Shown: positions 1 through 9,365, counted from the stretch's first letter. The stretch is 64,000 nucleotides of DNA from an uncultured Nitrospiraceae bacterium (GCA_963727775.1 CAVSHB010000001.1:1440001-1504000), one strand, 5' to 3'. Numbers and translations: made by a program. The notes: generated from the letters alone by a model not told the origin.

Positions 1-590
1 ATGCCATTGCTGATGAGAATGTCCGTAAAGGCGTCCGAGGTGAACTGACTGCCCTGGTCGGTGTTGAATATCTCCGGTGTTCCATACTTCCTGATCGCTT
101 CTTCAAGCGCCTCGGTGCAGAAGGAGGCGTCCAACGTGTTTGATAGTCGCCACGCCAGCACCCGTCGGCTTGCCCAGTCCATGATCGCTACGAGGTAGCA
201 GAACCCCTTGGCCATTGGAATATATGTTATATCGGTTGCCCAAACGTGGTTGGCGCGGTTAATCTCCAGCTCCCGCAGGAGATAGGGATAAATTTTGTGC
301 TCCGGATTCGGTTTCGACAGCCTGGGTTTCGGGTATAAGGCTCTGATGCCCATCTTCTTCATCAAGGTGCTGACATGGCTGCGTCCTACGTCATGTCCGA
401 GGTCCCGAAGTTCATTGCGTATCCGCCGAATGCCGTAAAACGGATACTTCAGGTGGATCTCATCGATCAGAAGTATAAGTTCCACATCCCGCTTGCTGGT
501 CGGAACCGCCTCGTAGTACAGGCTCGATCGGGATAGCTCAAGTATCCGGCTTTGCCGCGTCAGCGGTAAGGTATGCTCAGGGTCGATCAT
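1..590 (-). CDS. IS3-family transposase OrfB (DDE integrase core), partial
   Basis: Manual translation from ATG 590: [26 protein letters not shown]...[12 protein letters not shown]...[11 protein letters not shown]...[14 protein letters not shown] overlaps the orfA stop (ATGA). Confidence 0.92.
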   Translation of the reverse strand, partial: MIDPEHTLPLTRQSRILELSRSSLYYEAVPTSKRDVELILLIDEIHLKYPFYGIRRIRNELRDLGHDVGRSHVSTLMKKMGIRALYPKPRLSKPNPEHKIYPYLLRELEINRANHVWATDITYIPMAKGFCYLVAIMDWASRRVLAWRLSNTLDASFCTEALEEAIRKYGTPEIFNTDQGSQFTSDAFTDILISNG

Positions 591-889
591 TTCCTTGCGC
601 TCGGCTCGGCTATCCGCCCGAGCGCGATTGATAAAAAATCGTTCTCCATGGCGAGTTGTCCTATCTTGGCGTGGAGCTCCTTAACACTCGATCCTTCTTC
701 CGTCTTCTTATCCCTGGAAAACACTTCTGCTGCCCGCTCCAAAAGCTGTTTCTTCCACTCAGTGATCTGGTTAGGATGCACTTCGAAGCGCTCCGCCAAT
801 TCAACTATCGTCTGTTCTCCCTTGATTGCTTCCAGTGCTACCTTTGCCTTGAATGCCGCTCCGTGGTTCCTTCTCGGTCTCTTTGCCAT
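587..889 (-). CDS. IS3-family transposase OrfA (HTH)
   Basis: [27 protein letters not shown]...[12 protein letters not shown]...[13 protein letters not shown]-rich run at the ENDFL codons is a possible slippery site. Confidence 0.93.
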   Translation of the reverse strand: MAKRPRRNHGAAFKAKVALEAIKGEQTIVELAERFEVHPNQITEWKKQLLERAAEVFSRDKKTEEGSSVKELHAKIGQLAMENDFLSIALGRIAEPSARK

Positions 890-1055
890 CTTAGCTGCTC
901 CTTTTTCCTTTCTGCAGGGTCAAACGGCAAAATAGGCTTCGCCATTTGCCCTATACGGGGCAATCAGACAATGTCTCGATCTCTGATACCCCTGCGTTTT
1001 AGTTTAGAGCAGTTTTACCACTTATGTCTCTGTCCAGTTTTTCCCGGCCAGCTCT

Positions 1056-1841
1056 GAATTCAGTTGTGGCTTTCATGGATATTCTGGGATACCGCGAAAT
1101 AGTCGAAAATGCCGCTTCAGCCGGAACAGAGCCTGAGTTGCTGTTGCGGCTCCATTCCACTCTAGATGTGGCCAGAACTTTTTAAAAGGCGATCTCACTC
1201 CGTCAAAATTAGGAGTGAAAGACTCCTACGCCGTTAAAGCGTTTACAGACAATATCGTAATGGGATGGCCCATACATACGGACGGAGAAAGTGAATTAGG
1301 GTCCACATTCTTTCAGCTTTCGTTTTTTCAGTTCAATTTGACTCTCGCAGGTTTTTTTATTCGCGGCGGTCTATCCATAGGTCCGCTGTACATGGACGAT
1401 ATTGCTGTTTTCGGTCGTGGCCTTAATGAGGCATATGACACGGAGTCTCGTTTCGCCAGAGACCCTCGCATTGTGCTTGCGTCATCAGCCGAAGAGGCGG
1501 TAACAACCCACATGAGATATTACGCTGAACCTGATAATTCGCCACAAAGCAGGGACTTATATCGGGATGCCGATGGAAAACTATTTCTTAACTACTTGGA
1601 TTCCGTCCTAATTGCCGAAGAGGCGAACGGGCCATTTTACGACGAATTACTGAAACATAAGGAAGTCGTTGAAAGCGCCCTCTCAGGACACAAAGACAAC
1701 CCGTCGATATGGAGCAAATACGCTTGGGTAGCTAACTACCACAACTTTTTCTGCGAACAGTATCCCAATTATTTCAATAGTGAGCACATGATTGAACAAT
1801 CACAGATAAGGTTAGTTCCCAGAAGGATTACGCGGGCATAA
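1056..1841 (+). pseudogene. Class III nucleotidyl-cyclase-like protein; 5' end cut by IS3, with a 1-nt frameshift
   Basis: NSVVAFMDILGYREIV from ~1057 stops at ~1183; one extra T joins it to ORF 1215-1841 (AFTDNIV, RGGLSIG, FGRGLNEAYDTES, DPRIVL). Confidence 0.6.
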
Positions 1842-1892
1842 GCAGGCTTCTTGCGGATCGCCGGAGGCTCCCGCTGAAGCCTGGCGTTAAAC
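1836..1892 (+). other. Integron attC-like recombination site (degenerate)
   Basis: GCATAAG...GTTAAAC, 57 bp; arms CAGGCTTC/GAAGCCTG and GCGG/CCGC; overlaps the stop codon of the upstream gene. Confidence 0.6.
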
Positions 1893-2013
1893 AATTCTGC
1901 TGTAAATCATCTTTAAGGTACAAGGGGAGATGCATCCGAAATAACCTGAATTGTCCAGCTTTAGTCTTTTCGAAGATACGCCCAAGTAGCAAGTAAGATA
2001 ACGGCCATTTATT

Positions 2014-2186
2014 TAAGCGGAACTTATTTTTCCGGACAAAATCTGTAGAATTCTTGAAGCACCGGATGTCTTGTAGTAAGATATAGACAAATGAGGATAT
2101 CCGGCGGTATTGCAAAGGGGAGACGGACGGCTACAAAAAAGCTGTTCACTAAGACAGAAACCGGAGAAAGATTAAGACCGACTTCT
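2014..2186 (+). repeat. Direct repeat copy 1: rsmD upstream region plus first 32 codons
   Basis: Aligns by eye with 2727-2901; 7 substitutions in the 96 coding bases. Confidence 0.95.
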
Positions 2187-2213
2187 ATAATTTATGAATT
2201 ATTATCATCTTAG
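2091..2213 (+). pseudogene. rsmD: Truncated rsmD 5' fragment
   Basis: MRISGGIAKGRRTATKKLFTKTETGERLRPTS followed by unrelated IIYELLSS and a stop. Confidence 0.9.
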
Positions 2214-2398
2214 AATTTCGGCTTAAGGCCAGCCTGTTTACATAACTCATTGGCTGTTATTCTGTCAATTGCGGTATGCCTTTTTATTGGAATGGTCTTA
2301 TCGTTGTTTGTATATATTGAATGATTGCTGCCTTCCCGCAATAGATAAAAGCCGTTATCTTCAAAATATTTGATGAGGTCACGGCGTTTAACGGACAA
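2210..2398 (-). CDS. hicA: HicA-family toxin (mRNA interferase)
   Basis: 62 aa; GFYLLREGSNHSIY...IPIKRH...LCKQAGL. Confidence 0.88.
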   Translation of the reverse strand: MSVKRRDLIKYFEDNGFYLLREGSNHSIYTNNDKTIPIKRHTAIDRITANELCKQAGLKPKF

Positions 2399-2399
2399 T

Positions 2400-2618
2400 C
2401 TATACCTCTGCAGGAATCTGCTCGAATAAAACCCTGCCCACAGGTATTTCTTTTTTTTGCTGTTTGTAAGCTGCGATCATTTCAGTTAAGGCATCGTTAA
2501 GCATTTCCCTGCATTTTTCTATCGTCCTGCCTTCAGTAATAACTTCCGGCCATTCAATCAATTGGCCCATATAACCGGATGGTATTTCCGTATATTTTGC
2601 TGTATATGTATGTGTCAT
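2400..2618 (-). CDS. hicB: HicB-family antitoxin (short form, no HTH)
   Basis: 72 aa; GYMGQLIEWPEVITEGRTIEKCREML...IP; upstream GGAG RBS. Confidence 0.88.
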   Translation of the reverse strand: MTHTYTAKYTEIPSGYMGQLIEWPEVITEGRTIEKCREMLNDALTEMIAAYKQQKKEIPVGRVLFEQIPAEV

Positions 2619-2726
2619 GTCATCGTCTCCTTCATGGTTAATTATAGCACATCCTCACATACTCCTTGCCTTTTCAAGCCAGTTATATAGAAAGATACAA
2701 TTGGGCTCCGGTCTTGAAATATCAGC

Positions 2727-2901
2727 TAAGCGAAAATCTATTTTTTCCAAACAAAATCAGTAGATTTCTTGAAGCACCGGATGTCTTGTAGTAAGATATA
2801 GACAAATGAGGATATCCGGCGGTATTGCAAAGGGGAGACGGACAGCTACAAAAAGGCTATTCACCAAGACAGAAACCGGCGAGAGATTAAGACCTACTTC
2901 T
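2727..2901 (+). repeat. Direct repeat copy 2 (part of intact rsmD)
   Basis: Aligns with 2014-2186. Confidence 0.95.
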
Positions 2902-3384
2902 TCAAAAGTCAGGGAAGCATTGTTTGATATCATCAGAAACAGTATAGACGGCGCAAGTTTCGCCGACCTCTATGCCGGCACGGGCGCCGTAGGGTTTGAA
3001 GCATTATCAAGAGGGGCGGGAGCGGTCCTGTTCGTTGAGCCCGAGGACGTGAGGCTAAGAACAATAATAAATAATGCGGGAAAATTCGGGTTTAGTGAAA
3101 AGGTGACTATAGTGAAGGGCAGGGCATATGAATTTTTAAAAAAGGCGTATACTGAAGAAAAGAAGTTTGATATCATGTTTTTAGATCCACCTTATTATTC
3201 GGAAGAGATAGAAAAAGTCTTGCCATTGATCGGAGAAGATGGACTTTTGAATGAGGGAGGGATGGTAATAGTAGAACACTTCTTTAAGAATAAAATGTCG
3301 GAACAAGCGGGTCTGTTGAAAATGGACAGGAATTACAGATATGGAGACACAATGCTCACAATCTATAGAAAGGTTGAGATATGA
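2806..3384 (+). CDS. rsmD: 16S rRNA m2G966 methyltransferase
   Basis: MRISGG.AKG, LRPTS.KVREALF, DLYAGTGAVG.EALSRGA, DPPY; adjacent to coaD. Confidence 0.95.
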   Translation: MRISGGIAKGRRTATKRLFTKTETGERLRPTSSKVREALFDIIRNSIDGASFADLYAGTGAVGFEALSRGAGAVLFVEPEDVRLRTIINNAGKFGFSEKVTIVKGRAYEFLKKAYTEEKKFDIMFLDPPYYSEEIEKVLPLIGEDGLLNEGGMVIVEHFFKNKMSEQAGLLKMDRNYRYGDTMLTIYRKVEI

Positions 3385-3884
3385 AAAAAACGGCCATCTA
3401 TCCCGGGACCTTTGATCCGATAACAAACGGACATCTTGATTTGGTGAAAAGGGCACTCAGGACATTTGATGAGGTGATAATAGCGTTAGCGCCAAGCCGG
3501 AAGAAGCAGCCATTATTCACTGTTAAAGAACGCTTGGACCTGATAAAAAAGGCGACTAAGGGATTCAGGAGGGCGAGGGTAGAGGCGTTCAACGGCCTGC
3601 TTGTCGAATATGTCAAAGAAAAAAAAGGGACGGCTATAGTCCGTGGGTTGAGGGCGATATCCGATTATGAATACGAACTGCAGTTGGCACTTATGAACAG
3701 AAGACTCGATAAGGATATCGAGACCGTCTTTCTGATGCCGAGCGAAGAATACAGTTTTCTGACCTCGAGCATAATAAAGGAGATAGCATCTTTTGGAGGT
3801 TCTGTAAAGGGTCTAGTATCAGTGGAAGTCGAAGCGGCCTTGAAAAAAAAATACGACACCTCAAAAAGCGCTGAATTGATTTGA
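3381..3884 (+). CDS. coaD: Pantetheine-phosphate adenylyltransferase
   Basis: YPGTFDPITNGHLD, RGLRA.SDYEYE. Confidence 0.97.
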   Translation: MKKTAIYPGTFDPITNGHLDLVKRALRTFDEVIIALAPSRKKQPLFTVKERLDLIKKATKGFRRARVEAFNGLLVEYVKEKKGTAIVRGLRAISDYEYELQLALMNRRLDKDIETVFLMPSEEYSFLTSSIIKEIASFGGSVKGLVSVEVEAALKKKYDTSKSAELI

Positions 3885-3974
3885 CCCGAAAAATGCAGAT
3901 AAGGTATCGAAAAATAATTTTTTTCATAACACCCGCATTTTTCTAATTGTAGTTTTAGGTTAAGGAGGGCTGCA

Positions 3975-4061
3975 GTGTTACGAAGTACTTTGCCCGTCCC
4001 GTCTCATTTCAACGCCGGCAAAGTCGGCGAGGTCTGGAAGGTCAAAGGGAAGCCAGTGTGA
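3975..4061 (+). pseudogene. 28-codon ORF, probable N-terminal remnant of an isochorismatase/nicotinamidase-like gene
   Basis: AAGGAGG RBS; VLRSTLPVPSHFNAGKVGEVWKV; stop overlaps the next GTG start. Family recalled from memory. Confidence 0.4.
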
Positions 4062-4870
4062 AGAAAAAAGTCCATGTATTTGTCGTATCCGATGCTACGG
4101 GAATGACGGCAGAAATGGTGATAAGCGCTGTACTCGTTCAATTCAAAGAGATAGAACCTGTTTTTAAAAAAATCCCTTATATTAAGACCAGAGAACAGAT
4201 CAAGGCAATTCTGGAGCAGGCTGAAGCCGCAAAGGGCATTGTTGTTTATTCCCTGGTGTCACAGGACCTCAGGTCATGGATGCGCAGGGAAAAACGCAAA
4301 GTGAACATATCCGTTATTGATGTCCTCGGTCCTCTGCTGGACCGGTTCGGGCGGATGTGGAACCTTGTCCCCGCATTCAGTCCCGGTTTGATGAAGAGAG
4401 TCGGTGAAGAATCAATCCGTCTTGCCGAGTCCATCGATTTTACCTTAAGACATGACGACGGACAGGGTACGGACACTTTGGAGCATGCGGATATTGTCCT
4501 GATCGGGGTCTCAAGAACGTCCAAGACCCCGACAAGTCTTTATCTGTCCTGTAACAATAACATGAAGGTGGCGAACATTCCCGTTATTGAAGGCATGAAA
4601 CTTCCGGAAAATGTTTTTACATTGACCGTGCAGAAAGTGGGACTGACAATTGCTCCTGAGAGACTCGCTTTTATAAGAGAAAGAAGACTTAAGTATGCCG
4701 GTGACATGGATTACCTGGATATATCACATATTAAGAAGGAAATCGAATACAGCCGCAGGATATTCAATGAAATCGAAAATTTACAGATTATAGACGTTAC
4801 AAACAGTTCCATTGAAGAAGTTGCCAATAAGATAATAGATAGCAGACAGGAAGACATGAGCAAAAACTAA
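4058..4870 (+). CDS. ppsR: PEP synthase/PPDK regulatory kinase-pyrophosphorylase (DUF299)
   Basis: VSDATGMTAE, HDDG, GVSRTSKTPTSLYL, SIEE. Confidence 0.92.
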   Translation: MKKKVHVFVVSDATGMTAEMVISAVLVQFKEIEPVFKKIPYIKTREQIKAILEQAEAAKGIVVYSLVSQDLRSWMRREKRKVNISVIDVLGPLLDRFGRMWNLVPAFSPGLMKRVGEESIRLAESIDFTLRHDDGQGTDTLEHADIVLIGVSRTSKTPTSLYLSCNNNMKVANIPVIEGMKLPENVFTLTVQKVGLTIAPERLAFIRERRLKYAGDMDYLDISHIKKEIEYSRRIFNEIENLQIIDVTNSSIEEVANKIIDSRQEDMSKN

Positions 4871-4899
4871 GGTTCACTGACTTTTGTGTGGAAGTTATA

Positions 4900-4934
4900 C
4901 CCCTCTTAAGTTAAGAGGGGGTGAGGGGGAGTTA
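4900..4934. repeat. Palindrome-family copy: core hairpin plus right outer arm, abutting the DUF559 start
   Basis: CCCCTCTTAA-G-TTAAGAGGGG then GTGAGGGGGAGTTA. Confidence 0.85.
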
Positions 4935-5323
4935 TGAAGTTTTTGAGAAATGATACACAATTAAAGCAACGGCGACGAGAATTAAGGCGGAATCAGACTG
5001 ATGCGGAAAAGGTTTTCTGGACGGAGGTGCGAAATAGACATTTTAATGGGATGAGGTTCTTCCGCCAATACAGTTTAGGCCTATATATTTTGGACTTTTA
5101 TTGTCCCGCAGTGAAGCTTGCTGTAGAATTGGACGGAGGGCAGCACAATCAGAGCAAGAACAAGGAATATGATGAGTTCCGTTCAGAATATTTGAAGGCA
5201 CACGGGATTGAAGTTATAAGGTTTTGGGATAATGAGGTGTTGCTCGATATGCAGGGCGTTTTAAACAAACTGTCTTTGAAAGTAACCCCTCCTAACCTCC
5301 CCTTTGCCAAAGGGGAGGGATAA
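4934..5323 (+). CDS. DUF559 / Vsr-like endonuclease domain protein
   Basis: RELRRNQTDAE, FFRQY, YILDFYC, ELDGGQH, IRFWDNEV. Confidence 0.92.
   Translation: MKFLRNDTQLKQRRRELRRNQTDAEKVFWTEVRNRHFNGMRFFRQYSLGLYILDFYCPAVKLAVELDGGQHNQSKNKEYDEFRSEYLKAHGIEVIRFWDNEVLLDMQGVLNKLSLKVTPPNLPFAKGEG
5283..5318. repeat. Palindrome-family copy: left outer arm plus core hairpin, forming the DUF559 3' end
   Basis: TAACCCCTCCTAA then CCTCCCCTTTG-C-CAAAGGGGAGG; encodes TPPNLPFAKGEG. Confidence 0.8.
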
Positions 5324-5389
5324 AAAGATGCAGTCCACATGAAAGCCGGAAGAGCAAGAAATAATATCAATGAAAGGAGATAATTTTCC

Positions 5390-7783
5390 ATGAGAGATCG
5401 GGACACGGTTTTATGGTTTAAGGAGATAAGAAAGGAAGACATTCCTTTGGTCGGCGGAAAATGCGCCAATCTTGGAGAACTGACAGGCCGGATAGGAGTG
5501 CCGGTACCTGACGGGTTTGCAGTAACGGCGAATGCATATAAGGTCTTTTTGGAAAAAACAAAGTCAAATAAAACTATTGAATCTCTCCTTTCAAAAATGG
5601 ATATAGCCGATATGGATTCCCTGCAGGACGTCTCCATGAAAATCAGGAAACATGTCGAGGGCATGTCAATGCCAAAGGACATGGAAAAGGAGATCCTGAA
5701 AAAGTATGAGGAACTTTGCAAGAAAACGGGTAAGGAAAATATGCCTGTTGCCGTACGGTCATCCGCAACTGCCGAGGATTTGCCCGGCGCCAGTTTTGCG
5801 GGTCAGCAGGACACTTTTCTGAATATAACCAGGCGGCACCTTCTAAGCAGCATAAAGAAGTGCTGGAGTTCTTTATTTACTCCGCGTGCCATTGTTTACC
5901 GGAAAGAAAAAGATTTTTCACACGAAGAGGTGCTTATCAGCGTAGCTGTTCAGGAGCTTATTTTTTCCCGGGCTTCAGGTGTCATGTTCACTATTGAACC
6001 TGTGAGCGGCGCAAAAGATAAGATCGTCATAAACGCGGCCTTCGGCTTGGGAGAAGCTGTTGTAAGCGGCCAGGTAAATCCCGATGAATATGTCATAGAC
6101 AAGAAAACATTGCATATAGATGAAAAACATATTGTGAAGAAAGACAGGCAGATAGTCTCCGATAAAAAAGGAGGCACAAAATGGGCTGCTGTCCCATTGG
6201 AACTGCAGAAAAAGCAGGCGATAACTGATGAAATGATTACCCGTCTTGCAGACTACGCTATCCGGATAGAAAATCATTATGGCATGCCCCAGGATATCGA
6301 ATGGGCTTTTGATGATCGGGGAAATATCTTTATTCTCCAGGCAAGACCTGAAACAGTGCATGGCTCTGCCGGCGAAAGCAAAGGTGAAGAAAGGAGGCAG
6401 ATTATGGAAAAAGAAATACTTTTGAAAGGAATAGGGGTAAGTCCGGGTCAGGCCTCAGGCAAGGTCAAGGTTATCCTGGACGTCAAAAACATATCAAGCT
6501 TTCCAAAAGGTGATATTTTAGTTACTGAGATGACAACTCCCGATTGGGTCCCTGCCATGAAGATCGCATCTGCGGTCATTACAAATTTAGGCGGGAAGAC
6601 GTGCCATGCCGCTATCGTAAGCCGTGAACTCGGCGTGCCGTGTATTGTCGGAACTGAAAAAGCGACTAAGATCCTGAAAGACGGCGATATCGTAACAGTT
6701 GACGGCCAGCGCGGCATGATATTTAAGGGGGATGTTGCCGAGACAAAGGACGCGAAAACAGGCGCCTCCGGATCACCAGTGGATATGTCGGCGCAGATTG
6801 TAACGGCAACCAAGATCTATGTAAATCTTTCCATACCCGAGATCGCAAAGAAGATAGCGCAGGAGACCAACGCGGATGGAGTCGGATTATTGAGGGCCGA
6901 GCATCTGATGCTCAGCATCGGGAAACATCCGAGACTTCTGATGGAAGAGGGTGGAGACCAGGTTATGATAGATACCTTTGCCCGGGGTGTGGGACAGGTG
7001 GCGGAAGCTTTTTTCCCGCGTCCGGTTGTGTACAGGTTCCTCGATTTTAAACCTGATGAGTTTCTCGAACTGCCCGGCGGCGAAAAGTATGAGAGAAGTC
7101 ATGTCGGTCCGAACCCCATGATCGGTTACCGAGGAGAATACAGATATACGAAAGAAGATGATATTTTCAGGCTCGAATTGAGGGCCGTCAGGCAGGCACG
7201 AGAAAAGATGGGATTCACGAATATATGGGTCATGGTACCTTTTGTAAGGACACTCGATGTTTTTCGGAAGACAATCAATATCATGCGTGAAGAAGGTCTG
7301 GACCATAAGACCGACAACAGTTTTCAGCTATGGATTATGGTGGAAGTCCCCAGCGCAGTCTTTATGATTGACGAATTCTGCAAAGAAGGTATTGACGGCG
7401 TGAGCTTCGGTACCAATGATTTGACCATGCTCGTCCTCGGCGTAGACAGAAACGACACTTCAGTGCAGGAACTTTACGACGAGAGGAACCTTGGAGTCCT
7501 GAGGGCGATTGCCTATACGATGACGGTGTGTAAGAAATACGGGGTTACCACATCCATCTGCGGACAGGCGCCGAGTGTATACCCGGATTATCTGGAATTC
7601 ATGATTCGATGCGGCGCGACTTCGATATCGGTTAACCCGGATACCGTTATCTCATCGAGGAAAGGCGTGGCTGTCGTAGAGCAAAAAATTCTGATGGAAA
7701 AGGCGCTGGGGTTAATGACCAAACCAAAGATTGCAAAGATTCCACTGGATGAGGTGTTCTTTTGGAGACATGTAGAAGAATAG
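5390..7783 (+). CDS. ppsA: Phosphoenolpyruvate synthase (pyruvate, water dikinase)
   Basis: VGGKCANLGE, VAVRSSATAEDL..ASFAGQQDT, ILQARPET, GGKTCHAAIVSRE, SFGTNDLT. Confidence 0.96.
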   Translation: MRDRDTVLWFKEIRKEDIPLVGGKCANLGELTGRIGVPVPDGFAVTANAYKVFLEKTKSNKTIESLLSKMDIADMDSLQDVSMKIRKHVEGMSMPKDMEKEILKKYEELCKKTGKENMPVAVRSSATAEDLPGASFAGQQDTFLNITRRHLLSSIKKCWSSLFTPRAIVYRKEKDFSHEEVLISVAVQELIFSRASGVMFTIEPVSGAKDKIVINAAFGLGEAVVSGQVNPDEYVIDKKTLHIDEKHIVKKDRQIVSDKKGGTKWAAVPLELQKKQAITDEMITRLADYAIRIENHYGMPQDIEWAFDDRGNIFILQARPETVHGSAGESKGEERRQIMEKEILLKGIGVSPGQASGKVKVILDVKNISSFPKGDILVTEMTTPDWVPAMKIASAVITNLGGKTCHAAIVSRELGVPCIVGTEKATKILKDGDIVTVDGQRGMIFKGDVAETKDAKTGASGSPVDMSAQIVTATKIYVNLSIPEIAKKIAQETNADGVGLLRAEHLMLSIGKHPRLLMEEGGDQVMIDTFARGVGQVAEAFFPRPVVYRFLDFKPDEFLELPGGEKYERSHVGPNPMIGYRGEYRYTKEDDIFRLELRAVRQAREKMGFTNIWVMVPFVRTLDVFRKTINIMREEGLDHKTDNSFQLWIMVEVPSAVFMIDEFCKEGIDGVSFGTNDLTMLVLGVDRNDTSVQELYDERNLGVLRAIAYTMTVCKKYGVTTSICGQAPSVYPDYLEFMIRCGATSISVNPDTVISSRKGVAVVEQKILMEKALGLMTKPKIAKIPLDEVFFWRHVEE

Positions 7784-8166
7784 AGGGCCTTGTAGATTTT
7801 ATTGCATGCAGATATCACACTGTTGCCGAGATTGGTATCGGCTGTTTCCCTGATGTTGCCTTTGCGCTTCGTGAGCGGGGTGTCGATATGTTTGCGACTG
7901 ATATTTATCCGTTTCTTTATAAGGGAATTAAGATTTTTAGAGATGATGTTTTATCTCCTGACACCTCTATGTTTGCAGGCATAGAGCTTATTTATTCAAT
8001 GAGGCCGCCTCCTGAACTTGTTCCCTATATGAAGAAATTGGCTGATACGATTTCAGCGGATTTAATTATCAAACCTTTATCTTCTGAATATGTGGATAAT
8101 TTTCGTTTAATGAGAAATGGAGATACTACTTTTTTTGTAAGGAATTATTCTGCGGGTACAATATGA
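7762..8166 (+). CDS. UPF0146-family protein
   Basis: EIGIG..PDVA, ATDI, DDV.SPD, LIYSMRPPPEL, LIIKPL. Confidence 0.75.
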   Translation: METCRRIEGLVDFIACRYHTVAEIGIGCFPDVAFALRERGVDMFATDIYPFLYKGIKIFRDDVLSPDTSMFAGIELIYSMRPPPELVPYMKKLADTISADLIIKPLSSEYVDNFRLMRNGDTTFFVRNYSAGTI

Positions 8167-8187
8167 CAAAAATAAGGGTACTTTAAA

Positions 8188-9042
8188 ATGGAAAAAATTC
8201 GCACCATAAAGAGGCATGGACCAAAAAAGAAAGTCATCTACCTCGTTGGAGAAGGCACCGGTGAGACAATAAGCAGGATTGCGAGGGCGTCACTGGCCCA
8301 GTTTAACCGCGAAAACATCGAGGTAAAAACATTTTTTCTGGTTACGGATGAGCGCTATATATCACGCATTTTAAGGAAAGCGGCTGAGGACGATGCATTG
8401 CTTGCTTTCAGTATAGTCCATCCAAAATTGAGGGATTTCCTCATACTCGAGGCCCAAAGCCGGGGGACAAAAGCGATTGATTTAATCGGAGATTTTATTG
8501 TACAGCTTTCTATTTTTTTAAAGGAAAAACCTATGGAGATCCCGGGAAGGCAATATATTCTTGATGAAGAATACTTCAAGAGAATAGAGGCGATCAATTT
8601 CTCAGTTAAGCATGATGACGGCAAGCTTCCCAATGGTCTTAAACTTGCCGACATCATCCTTGTCGGTCTGTCCAGGACCGGGAAAACCCCGTTGTCCACT
8701 TATCTCGCAAATCAGGGATGGAAGGTTGCGAATGTCCCGGTCCATCCTGAAATGGAAGCGCCTCAAGAGCTTCTTCAGACAGACCAGCGCAAGGTTTTCG
8801 GACTGGTCATCAATGCTGAAAGTCTCGTGAAGCTGAGAGAAGGAAGGCTGAAGCAATTAGGTCTTGGACCTGATGCCAAATACGCGGACCCTGTGCAGAT
8901 TGCCGATGAGATTGAATGGTGCATGAATTTTTTCAAACAGAACCCGCGCTGGAGAATAGTAGATGTTTCAAACAGGGCAATCGAAGAAGTGGCGGCAAGC
9001 ATCGTGAATGCCTGCCGCACCGGAAAAAAGCCGATACAATAA
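8188..9042 (+). CDS. ppsR: Second DUF299 regulatory kinase-pyrophosphorylase
   Basis: YFKRIEAINFSVKHDDG, GLSRTGKTPLSTYLA, KVANVP, AIEE. Confidence 0.92.
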   Translation: MEKIRTIKRHGPKKKVIYLVGEGTGETISRIARASLAQFNRENIEVKTFFLVTDERYISRILRKAAEDDALLAFSIVHPKLRDFLILEAQSRGTKAIDLIGDFIVQLSIFLKEKPMEIPGRQYILDEEYFKRIEAINFSVKHDDGKLPNGLKLADIILVGLSRTGKTPLSTYLANQGWKVANVPVHPEMEAPQELLQTDQRKVFGLVINAESLVKLREGRLKQLGLGPDAKYADPVQIADEIEWCMNFFKQNPRWRIVDVSNRAIEEVAASIVNACRTGKKPIQ

Positions 9043-9053
9043 GTTAAGCATAA

Positions 9054-9259
9054 GCACCGCTCATCGACGAGTGTTATGCAAATCTTGAATGCAAGGTCGT
9101 CGATGAGAAGATGGTGGCCAAGTACAACCCCTTCATCCTCAAGGTACTCAAAGCGTGGATCGACCCATCAAGGAAAGACCCATGGACGATTCATCATCGC
9201 GGGAGGGCACTTTTATGGTTGCCTGTGAGACGATTAAGTTGCCTTCTAAAATGAAATAA
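9054..9259 (+). pseudogene. C-terminal remnant of a flavin reductase-family gene, frameshifted
   Basis: APLIDECYANLECKVVD...KAWIDP...IHHRG, then frameshift to GTFMVACETIKLPSKMK*; no start codon. Confidence 0.7.
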
Positions 9260-9365
9260 CTACACCTGAAAGCCAGCGGAGACCATCGGGGGGGGAGCGG
9301 GCCCTGCCTCAATGTTTTGTTATAATAGGTCATAACAGGAAAAGATTTTGAAAAGATACTTTCCA

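Larger units (their letters stand above)
1..1055 (-). mobile_element. IS3-family insertion sequence, left part (continues beyond window start)
   Basis: orfA plus orfB (DDE) on the minus strand; terminal IR-like sequence AGAGCTGGCCGGGAAAAACTGGACA (minus strand, 1055-1031); an interrupted gene resumes at ~1056. Confidence 0.9.
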
